From NCBI RefSeq assembly GCF_009914755.1, contig NC_060926.1: a stretch of DNA of 64,000 bases; one strand, written 5' to 3'. The translations under genes were made by a program, and so were the position numbers. Shown here in pieces: positions 1 to 18,173 of the stretch. Within the stretch, counting starts at the first letter, position 1. Each line of letters opens with the position of its first letter. The DNA comes from the human T2T-CHM13v2.0 reference genome, Homo sapiens. The notes below the pieces were generated by a model. It was given only the letters and a program-made list of their open reading frames with translations. It was not told where the DNA came from and ran no database searches.

Positions 1-237
1 GCACAGTCTCGGCTCACTGCAAGCTCCGCTTCCCAGGTTCACGCCATTCTCCTGCCTCAGCCTCCCGAGTAGCTGGGACTACAGGTGCCCGCTACCATGC
101 CCAGCTAATTTCGTGTTTTTAGTAGAGACGGGGTTTCACCGTGTTAGCCAGGATGGTCTCGATCTCCTGACCTCGTGATCCGCCCATCTCAACCTCCCAA
201 AGTGCTGGGATTACAGCCGTAAGCCACTGCGCCCAGC
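1..237 (-). mobile_element. AluY (partial, cut by window edge)
   Basis: AluY diagnostics GCAAGCTCCGC and CACCGTGTTAGCCAGGATGG. Confidence 0.9.
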
Positions 238-588
238 TATGAAATATATTTTTTAATCTCAATAAAATCTAGCAAGAACCCTGTGTTTCATAAGCCCCTT
301 GTAATTTGATAATGTTTGGAAATAAATCTCTTCAGTCTCTATTTCATATTTGGAAGTTATAGCTCCGAAAGCAGTCTGATCAGGTACAGTGTACTGGAAA
401 GTCAGCTACAAACAGCTTTGTCATCCAGTTTTCTGGAATGTTAAACAGTCTTTGGTAAATCCTAAATGAAGCAAAACAATATTTGTGTAATAGTGACATA
501 CTAGAAAGTAAGTGTTTACTAAAACTGTGAATAATATTCTGTGTTAAGGTTAAAAAATTGAATTAGGTATTATGCTTAGATAATTTTA

Positions 589-1275
589 CTTTTTTTTTTT
601 TTTTTTTTTTAAGAGTCAGGGTCTTGCTTTGTTGCCCAGGCTGGAGTGTAGTGGCACGATCATAGCTCACTGCAGCTTTGCACTCCTGGGCTCAAGCAAT
701 CCTCCCACCTCAGCATCCTGAGTAGGTAGGGCTACAGATAAGTGCCGCCATGCCCAGCTAAAGTTTTGGGTTTGTTTTGTTTTGTTTTGTGGGTTTTCTT
801 TTTTTTTCTTTTTTGTCTTTTTTTTGTAGGGATGGGGTCTCACTATTGCCCAGGCTGGTCTTAAACTCCTGGTCTCAAGTGATCTTCCTGCTCCACTTCC
901 CAAAGTGCTGGAATTACAGGTGTGAGCCACTACTCCCAGCCTTATATAATTTTATTTTAATTAATTAATTAATTAATTTTTTCATTTTTTTGAGACAGGG
1001 TCTCTGTCTGTCACCCAGGCTGGAGTGCAGTGGCGTGATCTTGGCTCACTGAAACCTCTGCCTCCCAGGTTCAAGTGATTCTTCCACCTCAGCCTCCTGA
1101 GTAGCTGTGACTACAGGCGTATACCACCATGCCCAGCTAATTTTTGTATTTTTTGGTAGAGACAGGGTCTCACCATGTTGGCCAGGCTGGTCTCGAACTC
1201 CTGACCTCAAGTGAGCTGCCTGCCCTAGCCTCCCAAAGTGCTGGGATTACAGGTGTGAGTCACTGCACCTGGCCC
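589..1275 (-). mobile_element. two antisense Alus (AluJ-like ~589-941, AluS-like ~978-1275) separated by (TTAA)n
   Basis: Poly-T heads and Alu consensus. Confidence 0.9.
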
Positions 1276-1344
1276 CCAGCCTTACATAATTTTAAAGTTT
1301 TGGGTTTTTAGTTTCCTTCTTGAATGTCTGGTAGGAGGTTTAGA

Positions 1345-1525
1345 AAATCCTGTTGGGATGCTGAACAATTCTTTATTGCATTTTCTGTGCATTGCAAAAT
1401 GCCTAGCATCTTTGGCACTTTTCCTCAATAAATGCCAGTAGAGCCCCTAATCATTGTGATGACCAAAAAATAGCCCCCATACAGTTCCAGAATGTCCTGT
1501 GTGGGTGATACCTCCCAGTTGAGAG
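1345..1525. mobile_element. degenerate MER20-like hAT DNA transposon
   Basis: Resembles the MER20 core (ATGCCAGTAG...TTGTGATGACCAAAAA...CCCAGTTGAGA). Confidence 0.5.
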
Positions 1526-1579
1526 TGATAGTGACTAAATTTATTTTACTGAGTTACAACCTGTAGTTTGAAAAACACA

Positions 1580-1878
1580 CGATCACATGTTGCCTAGCAA
1601 CATAGATACATTCTGAGATCCATTGTTAAACAATTTCATAATCGTGTGAATATCATAGTGTACTAACACAAACCCCTACTGTACACCTAGGCTATATGGA
1701 TAGCTTGTTGTTTATCTAAGCTAGAAACCTGCATAATATGTTGCTGTACTCAATACTGTAGGCAGTTATAACACAATGCTATTTGTGGTTCTAAACATAC
1801 CTAAACATAAAAAAGGTATCAGTAAAAATAAACTTGTGGGACCACCATCATATATGCAGTCCTTCATTGACCTAACCA
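1580..1878. mobile_element. Tigger3 (Golem/MER7)-family DNA transposon fragment
   Basis: ACACCTAGGCTATATGG...AATACTGTAGGCA...GGGACCACCATCATATATGCAGTC. Confidence 0.7.
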
Positions 1879-2224
1879 TGGTAGGCTTTGGCATCCTCCT
1901 CAAAACAGGTAGAAGAATTGATTATATTAATAACATTATTGCAAATACAAAATTGTTACTTTCCTAGTAGTGATGGATCTACTTCAGTTAGCTTTGTTCT
2001 TTACATTCTGGTTTTCAGTCTCCAGTATAAATATTAATGGCCCTACTAAATTCATTTAACCTCCAGTTTAGATGGTACCAGTGTCCTATGAAATATGCAG
2101 AAACCCTTTCAAAAGCATTTCAGTTTGTCTTTTAATCTTTGACCATAACGCATGCATTGACAGAGCATTCACTGTACCATCAGAGAATCATCCTTTGAAC
2201 CACCTGCCTCCTTGTTAGCTTACT

Positions 2225-2495
2225 TTTTAAAAATAAACTTTTATTTTGGGATAATTTTTGATTTACAGAAAAGTTGCAAAGGTAGTATAGAGACTTCCCA
2301 TATATTCCTTACCTGGTTTTTCCTAATGTTAATAGTTTGCATTACATTGGTACATTTGGCAAAACTAAGAAACCAACACTAGTACATTATTACTAATAAA
2401 GCTCCTGACTTTATTGAGGTCTTAACTGTGTTTTTTTTTTTTCACTAATATCCCTTTTCTGTGTGGGATCCAGGATACCAGGTTGCATTTAGTGT
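2225..2495 (-). mobile_element. old L1 (L1M) 3' fragment
   Basis: TTTACAGAAAAGTTGCAAA...TAGTATAGAGACTTCCCATATA, typical of antisense L1MC/ME. Confidence 0.6.
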
Positions 2496-2920
2496 CTCCT
2501 GGTTTTGACCTTAGTAGCTACAGAGAACTGAGTGTACTGCCTCTTTGTGATAGCTCTGTATGGAGCTGTGGCATCCCCTCAGTGTTGCCTGTTCCCAGCT
2601 CTTTTGCTGAACAGCCCATTTTGTCCTTTAGTAATTTCTCTTGGTGTAGTTTCTAGATACTTTGCCATTCTGTCTATATACTATATATACTAACTATATA
2701 ACTATATATACTACTGTACTTGTTTCCCATTTTAAAACAAGACACACAGAACTGAATGTAGTTCTTCACATATGGTCTGGCAGAGTAAAATGTTGTAGAT
2801 ATATCACAGTTATGAATCTTGTATGGTTATTAATGCAATCTAAGCTTGCTTGTTTATTTGCTGGCATTTTTAGCAACTGCATCTCATCTTGGGCTAATAT
2901 TGACGCTAAGGTTTTGCTTA

Positions 2921-3337
<417 letters not shown>

Positions 3338-3720
3338 TCAATCTCTGTTCTGTCATCTAGTATTTTAACTGTTTGTTTTATGCACAAGCTTATAAATGTT
3401 TGCTGTCATTTTATTTTTTTTATTTTTAATTTTTTGTTTGTTTGTTTTAAATAGAAACCGGGTCTCCCGATGTTACCCAGGTGGATCTCAAACTCCTGGG
3501 CTCTAGGAATCCTCCTGCCTAGGATTACAGGCGTGAGCTACCACACCTGGCCTACTGTCATTTTCTAAGTCACTAATAAAAACATATATAAAATAGGGTC
3601 AAGTACAGGACCTTACAGGCCCAAGATAACTGGGCAAATGAAAGAAGATGTAGCAAGCATGTAATTGTGTGAGGAAGCTAAAAAGGGTTAGCATAGGGTA
3701 AAGGCCCTGGTTCTGCCTTA

Positions 3721-4410
<690 letters not shown>

Positions 4411-4640
4411 CTAAGCTAGAACTCTTGCAGAGTGTGAGAACAACTGAATTTTTTGGAGGGGGGCAGGTGGGCACAGGGTCTGTCTTAACTGAGAATGAAG
4501 CCAGTTGTGATTCGTAGGATTGTTTGCTTACCCTTTATATTACCGGTCATGCCTCAGTCTTCTATCTTGAGATTTTCATGAGTCTTGCTTGAACTAGGCC
4601 TTTTTATGAATGACACTGAAAATTTTGGAGGACTGTAGGC

Positions 4641-5625
<985 letters not shown>

Positions 5626-5997
5626 CATAGTGATATTTCAGTAAATACATATAGTGTGTAATGACCAGATCTGGGTAATTAGCTTATCTATCACCTCAAA
5701 CATTTATCACTCATTTGTGTTAAGAGCATTCAAAATCCTCTCTTCCAGCTATTTGAAAATATACAATAAATTATTGTTAACTAAGCATACTTCTTTTATT
5801 TACCAAGCATGTATTTGAATGACATACTTCCTCTTCAGTAATGCCTGGTCACATATCAGTTCCTATTTTTCTATTTTTTTTCCCCTCCTACTGGTCTTTT
5901 TCTTAATGTTTAGGAGCCCATTGTTATATTTGTTACCGATATTTCTCCCTACTTGTTGTCATTTGAGTTTGTTTATGGAACCTTTTGCCAATATTAA

Positions 5998-6939
<942 letters not shown>

Positions 6940-7589
6940 GAAATAGAACATCTCATCCACATGTCCATATCCACTAACTGGATCTTTGTTTTGATAATCC
7001 TCTTCCCTTTCTCTGCAGGTTTACTCCCAGTATATCCATTTCTATCTGAGCCACATATTGTTTAGTTATGAAACATGGAATAGCAAGCCCAGGTCTCACC
7101 ATGTGAGGAAAGAGCAGTTTGCACTATTAGGTGGAAGCCCTTAGAAGAGAAGCTGAACAGAGTCTGCCTTCGGCTTCCCCGAGTTTCCAAGAGTCTGGAG
7201 AAATCATTGGGCAAGGTCACAAATGCACCTTGGAAACTCAGGACCCAACATATATGGAGCGTTTAGCAGGGTTATTGTATGGACCAGCTTGGATTTCCAG
7301 CACAGGGGTAGTCAGAGGACTGCCCTTCACTTGGCCCACCTCCAGCTCCCAGGAACAGGTCAGAGGGGGACACTCTCATGGGGTGAAATGAGATCAGCTG
7401 AACCTTTTTCCTTAAGGCGAGATCAGGAACTTCGACATCACTTGGGCAGGACCAGCCAAGTCCAGATAAGATACGGGGACTGGGCCCCAGGTACCACTGT
7501 GTCCTCAGGTTACAAAGAAAATGTATGATATTGTGTGATTTTATGTATGTATGTGTAATTAATTCTTGTTATAGGTGCTAATTGTGTTT

Positions 7590-8665
<1,076 letters not shown>

Positions 8666-8673
8666 ATGTACTC

Positions 8674-8937
8674 TTTTTTTTTTTTTTTTGGAGACAGGGT
8701 CTTGCTTTGTCTACCAGGCTGGAGTGCAGTGGCTCAATCTCACCTCACTGCAACCTCTGCCTCCCGGGCTCAGGCAGTCCTCCCCCGCTCAGTCTCTCAA
8801 ATAGCTGGCAGTTTTTTTGTAGATAGGAGGTCTTACTATATCGCCCTGGTTGGTCTCAAACTCTTGGGCTCTAGCAGTCTTCCCACCTTGGCCTCCCAAA
8901 GTACTGAGATTATAAGTGTGAGCCACCATGCCCAGCC
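8674..8937 (-). mobile_element. AluJ (internally deleted)
   Basis: Alu consensus with a short linker. Confidence 0.8.
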
Positions 8938-8961
8938 TTGATGCGTACTTTTGTATGTATA

Positions 8962-9360
8962 TGTTATGGTTTGGCTCTGTATCCCCACCCAAATCCCATC
9001 TCAAATTGTAATCCTCATATGTCAGTGGGAGGTGATTGAATCATGGGGGCAGACTTCCCCCTTGCTGTTCTTGAGATAGTAAGTTCTCATGAGATCTGGT
9101 TGTTTGAAAGTGTGTGGCACTTCCCCTTTCGTGCTGTCTCTCTCCTGCTCCACCATTGTGAAGTAGGTGTCTGCTTCCCCTTCACCTTCTGCCATGATTG
9201 TAAGTTTCCTGAGGCCTCCCAGTCATGCATCCTGTTAAACCTGCAGAACTGTGAGTCAGTCAAACCTCTCTTCTTCATAAATTACCCAGTCTCAGGTAGT
9301 TCTTTATACTAGTGTGAAAATGGACTAATACAGGAAATTGGTGCCAAGAAAGTGGGACAT
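8962..9360 (+). mobile_element. MSTA/THE1-type ERVL-MaLR LTR (8962-9332) plus start of internal sequence
   Basis: TGTTATGGTTTGGCT...AAATTACCCAGTCTCAGGTA...GGACTAATACA, followed by GAAATTGGTGCC internal start. Confidence 0.88.
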
Positions 9361-10096
9361 TGCTGTACAGATGCCCTTTCAGTGAGGTCGTGCTGTACAG
9401 GGGCTCTTTCAGCCTGGCAATTCCTATTCTCTGTTCTGGAAAGTTTTCTTGAATTACTCTGTTGGTTATTTCCTCCCTTCCATTTTTCTTACTTTGAGGA
9501 TATTGAAGCTTCTAGAGTAGGGTTCCAGTTTTCTTCCATGTTCTGATTTCTGTCTCTTTCTCTCTTCCCCCCTCTTCTTTCTTTTTTCTGTTTCTGGAAA
9601 TGATATACTTACTTAATCCCTCTGTTTTCAATAAAATATGCACTTTATTCCGTTTTCAACGATGCCTTGAGTTCCTGGGGGTCAGAGACCCTCTTTAATG
9701 AATAAACTTCTACTTTCCACTTGAAGTGCAGCATAATGTTGAAGAAGCAACTTAGAAATTTAACTGCTTCTTAAAGACCTTTTATCCATCTTCTATCCTT
9801 CAGCAGTTCTTCACCCTAACTAGGGTTCCAGCAATGTTGCTGCCAGTCCCAGACATTTTGTTGAATTTGCTTTGTAAATTGGATTCTTAGCTTTCCCCTT
9901 TGCCCATACTGGGATTCAGTTCTTTCCAGTCTCCTAATTCAGTTACCTAATTCTGCTTTTCACATTCAGAATTGTATTCCTGTTGTTTCTTTTTATTCTC
10001 TTCATCCTTTTGAAATTGTCTTTTATTTCAATTTCAATACAAAATTTTAAGAGTTTCAGAAAGCAACAAAATGAGATCTTACCTTAAGACTGCTCT

Positions 10097-11046
<950 letters not shown>

Positions 11047-11691
11047 CAGTCTATTACTTTTATTATTTATCTTGATGCTCAAATTGTCCCAGGTTTGGCT
11101 GGTGAAACCCCTTTAAGGTTTCTTCTGTGTACTTTTGATATGTCCCCATCTTTCTTCATTAGTCATTTCTAGATGATTCATTTTAGAACTGGATATATTA
11201 CAGGCTCATGTATTTGCCCTGCCCAACCCATAGAATCCTTCATTTCTGTGAGGAACCCTGGTTCCTCTTAGTGGAGGATGCTGTTTAGACTTACTTGGTG
11301 CTTGCTTGGTGTACTTATTGTATCACTGCTTCTGGGCCCTGTCACCTGACAAGGCATTTTAATTGCTAATGGCTATTATTGGACAGTACAGATGTAAAAC
11401 CATCATTGCAAAAAAGGAAAAACTTGAGTTACTAGAATTTAGGAGTTCAAAGGCCCACCTGCACATCTCCACACAGTTGGTATTTGGCCTTCTGAGCAGG
11501 ATGCAACTAGCTGGTGATGAGAGTGCCTGAAGACGCTAGTATTGGAGCTCTGGATGGAAGAAGACCTGCTGCCAGAAAGATGCTGACCTCTTCCCATTTT
11601 TTTTTGTCCCTCTGAAGCCTCCCATTGGCAGAGTGTAAACCGGAAGCAAGCTGCTAAGGGATTCTGAATAAATGAGTTGGCAGATCCTAGA

Positions 11692-11897
11692 CCATGGTTT
11701 CTCAGCCTTGGCATCGTAGACATTTTGGGCCAGGGGGCTGTCCTGTGTTTTGTAGGATGTTTAGTAACATTCTTAGCCTCCCTGAAATTGATGCCATTAG
11801 CCCTCCCTGTCCCGCTAATAGTTAGAACTGAGAGTGTCTCCATACATTGCTAAGTGACCCCTAGGGGGCAACATGGCCACTGGTTGAGACCCATTTC
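11692..11897. mobile_element. MER20 hAT-Charlie DNA transposon
   Basis: GGTTTCTCAGCCTTGGCA...GACATTTTGGGCCAG...TGGTTGAGACCCA termini. Confidence 0.8.
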
Positions 11898-13424
11898 CTA
11901 GACCCAGCAGAAGGGGCTTGGAGCTGAGAAACAGTAGTAATAACTAACCATCGACCAACTTTACTTCAAGTGTTCTTGAAATGTAGAGGAAGGGCAAAGG
12001 GATTATGTTTATGGGCCTGTGATGGTCCTGTAATGTAGAGAGATGATGCTTTTTCTTTTTCTTTTTCATTGACGAGGAAAGCAAAGATCAGGTAAGCAAT
12101 CTCTATAGCCAGGCAAGAGTCAACTCCTGATAAAGTTGGTATTTGTTTACATGCTCTTAAAGTGTGTTGTTGAATTTTCTGGATTGGAGTTATTACCATA
12201 CTATTTTTTCATGAGTGAACTGTTTTTTGTGTGTTGCATTTCAGTCATTCTTGATGCATTGTTAATGAATATTAAAGCCAGTGTTTAAAAACTTTTAAAT
12301 TTTGTATAATTATACTGTATTTGTATACCTTGGTTTGAGATTCACATCAAACTGTATAAGCACTATCCATTTTCCTCATTTTATGTTTATGCTTAGTCCC
12401 TTCCTTCTTTCTTTTCCGTATTACCGTATATCACTCTCAGTGATACAAAGACATCCTTTCTCAGAGAAAGTCTCCCAAAGATCAGTTCATCCTAACCAAC
12501 TGTTTACTGTACCTTTCAGCTTGCATGTCTTATCACTTCAAACCAAACATGTCTAAAATCAGACTCACATGCCTCCTAAACCAGACATAAACCACAACTC
12601 TTTTCCGCCAGTGCTAGAGTATTCTCTATACTTTGTATTAATTATTCCTACTCCTATACAGAGCTTTATGTTTGTTGTAGGTCCCTTTATTTTAAAATCC
12701 GTGAAGAAACTGGAGCAGACATAAAGAAATGTAATTTAACAGTTGACGGTAGGATTTTGGAGGACTTGCTAACATTTTAAATTGGTTAGCCTACAAAACA
12801 GGGGAAAGTGACTTAGTTCATGTTTGTGGTGAGTTTTTGAGACTGGATTTAGGATAACTGCTCTATATGTGGAGAACATTAGAACAAAGGGACCTGAAGT
12901 TATATTTCAGTGTCTTAGCGAGGATTTCAGGAACTGCTTGGTATGAAGAGTTGTGTCAGGGTGAGTCTGTTGTACTTCCCCAGCTAGAACAAGTCATCTT
13001 TCATCATTTTCATATGTTTGGCTTTGTTTCTGTAGGTCTCTATCCCTTAGTCTTCATACTGTTTTAAATGCTTATTTACTTATCCTTATTCCCCATTTAG
13101 GCTCTAAGCACTAAGTGGGTACTGCAAGTGCTCAAAAATTTTGGTTGCTAGAAATAGTAGTGTTAAGTCAATGAGAAATGGTCTTAAAATATAGACCCAG
13201 GGCAGATCTTTTCCCACCTCAGTACAATGAGCTGTCATGTGCCTTACTTGACTGGGAATCTATCACAAATACATGTGCAGACATTTCTAGTTTAGATAAC
13301 ATTAAAAAAACATTTAGCGAACAGTATGTATTCTGCTCCCTCCTTATACATCTTGCAGTACATTAAGGATTTCCAGTTTTCCTTTCCCTCAAACAGTTGC
13401 AGAAAGTCAGTATAAGAGTGTTTA

Positions 13425-13715
13425 GACCGGGCGCAGTGGCTCATGCTTGTAATCCCAGCACTTTGGGAGGCCGAGGTGGGCGGATCACGAGGCCGGTAGT
13501 TCGAGACCAGCCTGGCCAGCATGGTGAAACCCCGTCTCTACTAAAAGTACAAAAATTAGCCAGGCATGGTGGCACGCACTTGTAATCCCAGCTACTCGGG
13601 AGGCTGAGGTAGGAGAATCACTTGACCGCGGGAGGCAGAAGTGTCAGTGAGCCGAGATCACACCACTGTGCTCCAGCCTGGGCGACAGAGCGAGACTCTG
13701 TCTCAAAAAAAAAAA
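13425..13715 (+). mobile_element. AluS(g)
   Basis: Full-length with poly-A; TSD-like AAGAGTGTTTA/AAGAATGTTTA. Confidence 0.9.
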
Positions 13716-14607
13716 AGAATGTTTAAACAGTAGACCAAAAAATCCTAGGCAGGGGTGGGGGAGGGGAGACATTAAATGTGTTTCCCCCCTTTCATTGTTT
13801 GAAATGACATTATTCTCTTAACATGTAGTGTGTCTTTTTCAGGCCAGAGGTCCCTGTTGCTGTGCATATATTATTAGCCGAGTATATGATGGGAAGGCTT
13901 TCTAAACAGCTCTTAGACCCTGTTTTCAGTGCTCAGTGGTACACAGTCTTTGCATTGCCTGTAAGTTGTGCCTGTAATTTTCAAAAAGTTGAGAAAACAC
14001 TACTCTAGAGTAAGAACTTAAAATAGTGACTTTAAGTAGAGTTTTGTTTGGTGATAAACCTCTGAAAATAAATATCTGTAAGCACCTGCCTCAAGAGTAA
14101 TTCCTCAATCTCAGGATTTCATTCCAGAGAAGTTGTGTAATTAGTAGAATCTTCTTAAAAAATAAGAAGTCAAGGGAAAAACAATAAACAATGTGTTAAA
14201 TATATATCTCCGTATCATAATAAATAAAGTTCTGAAGGCATCTACTTCTGGGGAAAAAAGGATTATTATCAAAAGATATGCTTCAGTAGGCAACCCTTTA
14301 TCTTAATCACTGGTTTGCCATGTAATGGCTCTTTGCCTTTGGAGCAAATTACTTAGTGCCTGTGTGCCTCAGTTTATCCATCTGTAAAAGAATCAACAGT
14401 TCAGTGACTAGGTCTTTAGCAGATTAAAAATCATCACCTTCCCTTAAAAGGGCTTTTCTTTTTTTGGGAAAGTTGGAGCCTAAACCAAGCTCTCTCTGCC
14501 TTGCTGCCACAGACCTGTCTGCAGAATTTTCAAAACAGAGCAGTTTCTATCTAGTGTGCATTGTTTAAAGCAACTAAACTGAATTGCACATGTATATGGA
14601 AATACTG

Positions 14608-14655
14608 GCGCGCGCGTGCGTGCGTGCGTGCGTGTGTGTGTGTGTGTGTGTGTGT
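14608..14655. repeat. (CG)n(TGCG)n(TG)n alternating purine-pyrimidine microsatellite
   Basis: GCGCGCGCGTGCGTGCGTGCGTGCGTGTGTG... Confidence 0.95.
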
Positions 14656-16602
14656 TTTTAAATAGAGATGAGGTCTTGCTATGTTGCCCAGGCTGGTCTC
14701 AAACTCCTGGGCTCAAGCAGTCCTCCTGCCTCAGCCTCCCAAAGTGTTTCCCTCAGCCTCCCAAAGCCACCTGTTTCCCACTAACCACCCTATTGCATGT
14801 TAAAACTTGCAACCTGGGTCTCCTGGGCTATTGTTGCCACCTGGTGGCTTACTCCTAGAGGTATTTGGTACAGCATTTTTATCTACTTTTTTCTCCTGTA
14901 GAAAACAAGTACTTGTTCAGGGCCTTCTTTTTCCCCCCTCTACTTTCATTATTCAGTAATTCTTCTGTCAAGAAGTCTTATACCAAGGAGGCGGAGGTTG
15001 CAGTGAGCCGAGATCGCGCCACTGCACTCCAGCCTGGGCGACAGAGTGAGACTCCATCTCAAAAAAAAAAAAAAAAAAAAAAAGTCTGTTATAGACACAC
15101 ATTAATCCCCCCCGCTTTCCCTTCTCTCTTTTTGAGCTCTTATCTAATTACTCTAGGAAAACGTCCCCTTCTTTTCATTTGCTTAATTCATTCAACAGAT
15201 ATTATTGAATTCCCACATTGTCCCAGGCACTCTTTATCCACCTCCTCTTCCTTCATTTTATGAGTCAGAAAACAGCTCTAATCATGGCTGAGTATAATAG
15301 TAGATTGAGTAATATAGAAGCTCCTCTATTTCCAGATAAGAGGCTCTGAAAGGCTGTTCCTAAGCTCACTCATGAGCAAGTCCATTGTTGCTAAGATAAG
15401 TTTCTGTTTTCAGAACAGGGATGCATTTCTATGAACAAATAAAAGAGTGTAGATCAGTTCTTTAAAATGAGGCAAACCAATCAGTTATTCCAAAGTGGAC
15501 CAAGTTCCTCTATACTGAAAACTTTTAGAAATGAATTAAACTTCCCTCTTTCACAAAGTTCATAAAGAACTCTTTAAATACAATATTTCACCCATTTTTC
15601 TATTCACTTTGTTGGGCAGATTTGAACCAGCTTTAAATCATCTGTAGCCACAAAAGAAGTTTTATCACACTTTCCACCTACCTCATGACTTTGTGAAGAT
15701 TGACAAAGTAATATATGTAAGTCATTAGGTACATAATTAAAAGTGAAGGAACTTGCTATTAAACCACTAGAGGGACGACCTCTGTGTGGCAAGAATTTTT
15801 ATTCACTGCTGTGTCCTCAGCAAATATTTTTGTTCACTGCTGTATCTTGGCATATAATAAATAATAAATAATGAAAGGATGGGTGGATGCTCCTTGTTGT
15901 TACATATCACAGGACTCACAGAATTCTACCTGGAAAAAAAAAGTAGAAAAGCCGATTTCCAGTCAGAAAGGGTTGTTTTAAATGTTTTAAATGCTGAATG
16001 AATGTATCAGTTTCAAGTAAGACTACTGCGTGAAGACTACACATATTGCAAAACCTACTTACTAAGCTTCCCGGTTCTCTTTCTTCTGGATCTTGCTCCT
16101 GGATCATGCTCTCCCCCTATTTCATTTCTCTTTCTCTGCTGTGGAATCTCTTTAGCCATAGGTTTTCTCTTGAAGAGTGTGTTTGTACGGGTCTCGATAC
16201 CCCATTTCTCTCTCCTCTTGAGTCTGTCCCTTAAACACAGGGCATAGGTTTTTAAAAATATGCGTATATAGAGTTATATGTATATTTAATAGATCTTTTT
16301 ATTCTCTTCCTATTTCTAAAAATAACTAAGGAAAGCTCTCTAAAAAAAAACAGACAAACCCTAGAGTTTCTTTTTATTTTGGCAAGGGATGATTTATATT
16401 TCCTCTGTGATTCTTAAGTAGAAGATGAAACAGCTCTCCACTCCTGATCTAGGCTCCCAGTTTATGAAGCATTATAAACTTTGTCTTAGATTTCCTTTCT
16501 CCAGCAGTTTCACATCTGGAAGTATCCTTTGACCATTTTCTTTAAGCAAAATAATTCTGGTTACTTCTGCTTTTCACTGAGTTACTTATACTATAGTTTA
16601 TC

Positions 16603-16872
16603 TTTTTTTTTTTTTTTGAGACAGAGTCTCGCTTTTTCACTCAGGCTGGAGCACATTGGCACAATTTTGGCTCACTGCAACCTCCACCTCCTGGATTCAA
16701 GTGATTCTGCCTCAGTCTCCCGAGTAACTGGGATTACAGGCACCCGCCATCACACCCAGCTAATTTTTGTATCTTTAGTAGAGACGAGGTTTCACAATGT
16801 TGGCCAGGCTGGTCTCGAACCCCTGACCTTAGGTGATCCACCCATCTCAGGCGTGAGCCACTGCGCCCAGCC
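16603..16872 (-). mobile_element. AluS with internal deletions
   Basis: Alu consensus. Confidence 0.85.
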
Positions 16873-16920
16873 TAGTTCATCTTTTTTACTTGCTTTTGTA
16901 TTCATCTAAGATCCTCTTCT

Positions 16921-17232
<312 letters not shown>

Positions 17233-18173
17233 ATCTAAGATCCTCTTCTAAGGGTTGCACAATTTTTCAACTGCTTAAATGCAGAGTCTCTTCTTGGAGA
17301 TTGTCTATCATTTAATAGTATTGTTCTCTGTATAGTTCTCAGTATCAAAATTATATAGCCTATATGATACACACCGTTTTTTAAAAAAAGTCACACTTGG
17401 AGAGATGCAAGGGCCTTGAAGAGATAATACACAGACATTTCACAGAATAGAAAAGAGGCCCTCCCTCCCTCCACCCCACCCCCCCAAATCACATGATAGC
17501 TAGAAGTCAAAATCGGCTGTCAATGGCAAGTGCTATATAATCCCAGGCCTTCAAATTCCAAATGAGGTCGACTTCCTGTTGTATTCTTTTTTCCCTGTGT
17601 TTCTTGAAAGTAACTTGCCCTTTGTTGACCTTTTCTTTCCCATCAACTCTCTATTCCCTAGCTAAAAACTAATTTTATTAAAAAGTAAAAGGTATACCAA
17701 CCTGAGATTTTCTCCTTTAAAAAGCTGTAAACGAATATTAAAAACCTCTTTTATTTTTATTTTTTTAATAAGAAAGAAAAGACTACGTATTATTTCAGTG
17801 GCTTTTTAAAAATGTGTTCCCACTAGAGGGCATCCTTTTCTCCTTAAAATTTTAGTTCATAGCTTTCATTTGTTTTACAGAACTGCTAAATACAAGATAT
17901 ATGCTGATAATATGAATGTGTTCAGATATAACTTTTTCAGATAGGTGGTTGTCAGATATACACCATTTTTTTCATTTAGGTTTTATCTGTGACAGTGTTG
18001 AAAAAGGGGTTAAACTGTATGTCCTAGCATTTTCATTTATCTTGCTAGGTGAACTTGATTGGATGGGGGATTACAAATATAACACCGTAACCTTATGATG
18101 TAGCTTGTTCAAGTTAGCATTTTACAAACTAGTGATTTCTGAACTTCTTTATGACACAGTATGACTAAGCTAG

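Noticed and set aside
7040-7530. GC-richer unique-looking segment with ORFs 7131..7391 and 7223..7528
   Set aside because: No recognisable protein, poly-A or convincing TSD; may be an old LTR remnant. Needs a Dfam/BLAST search.
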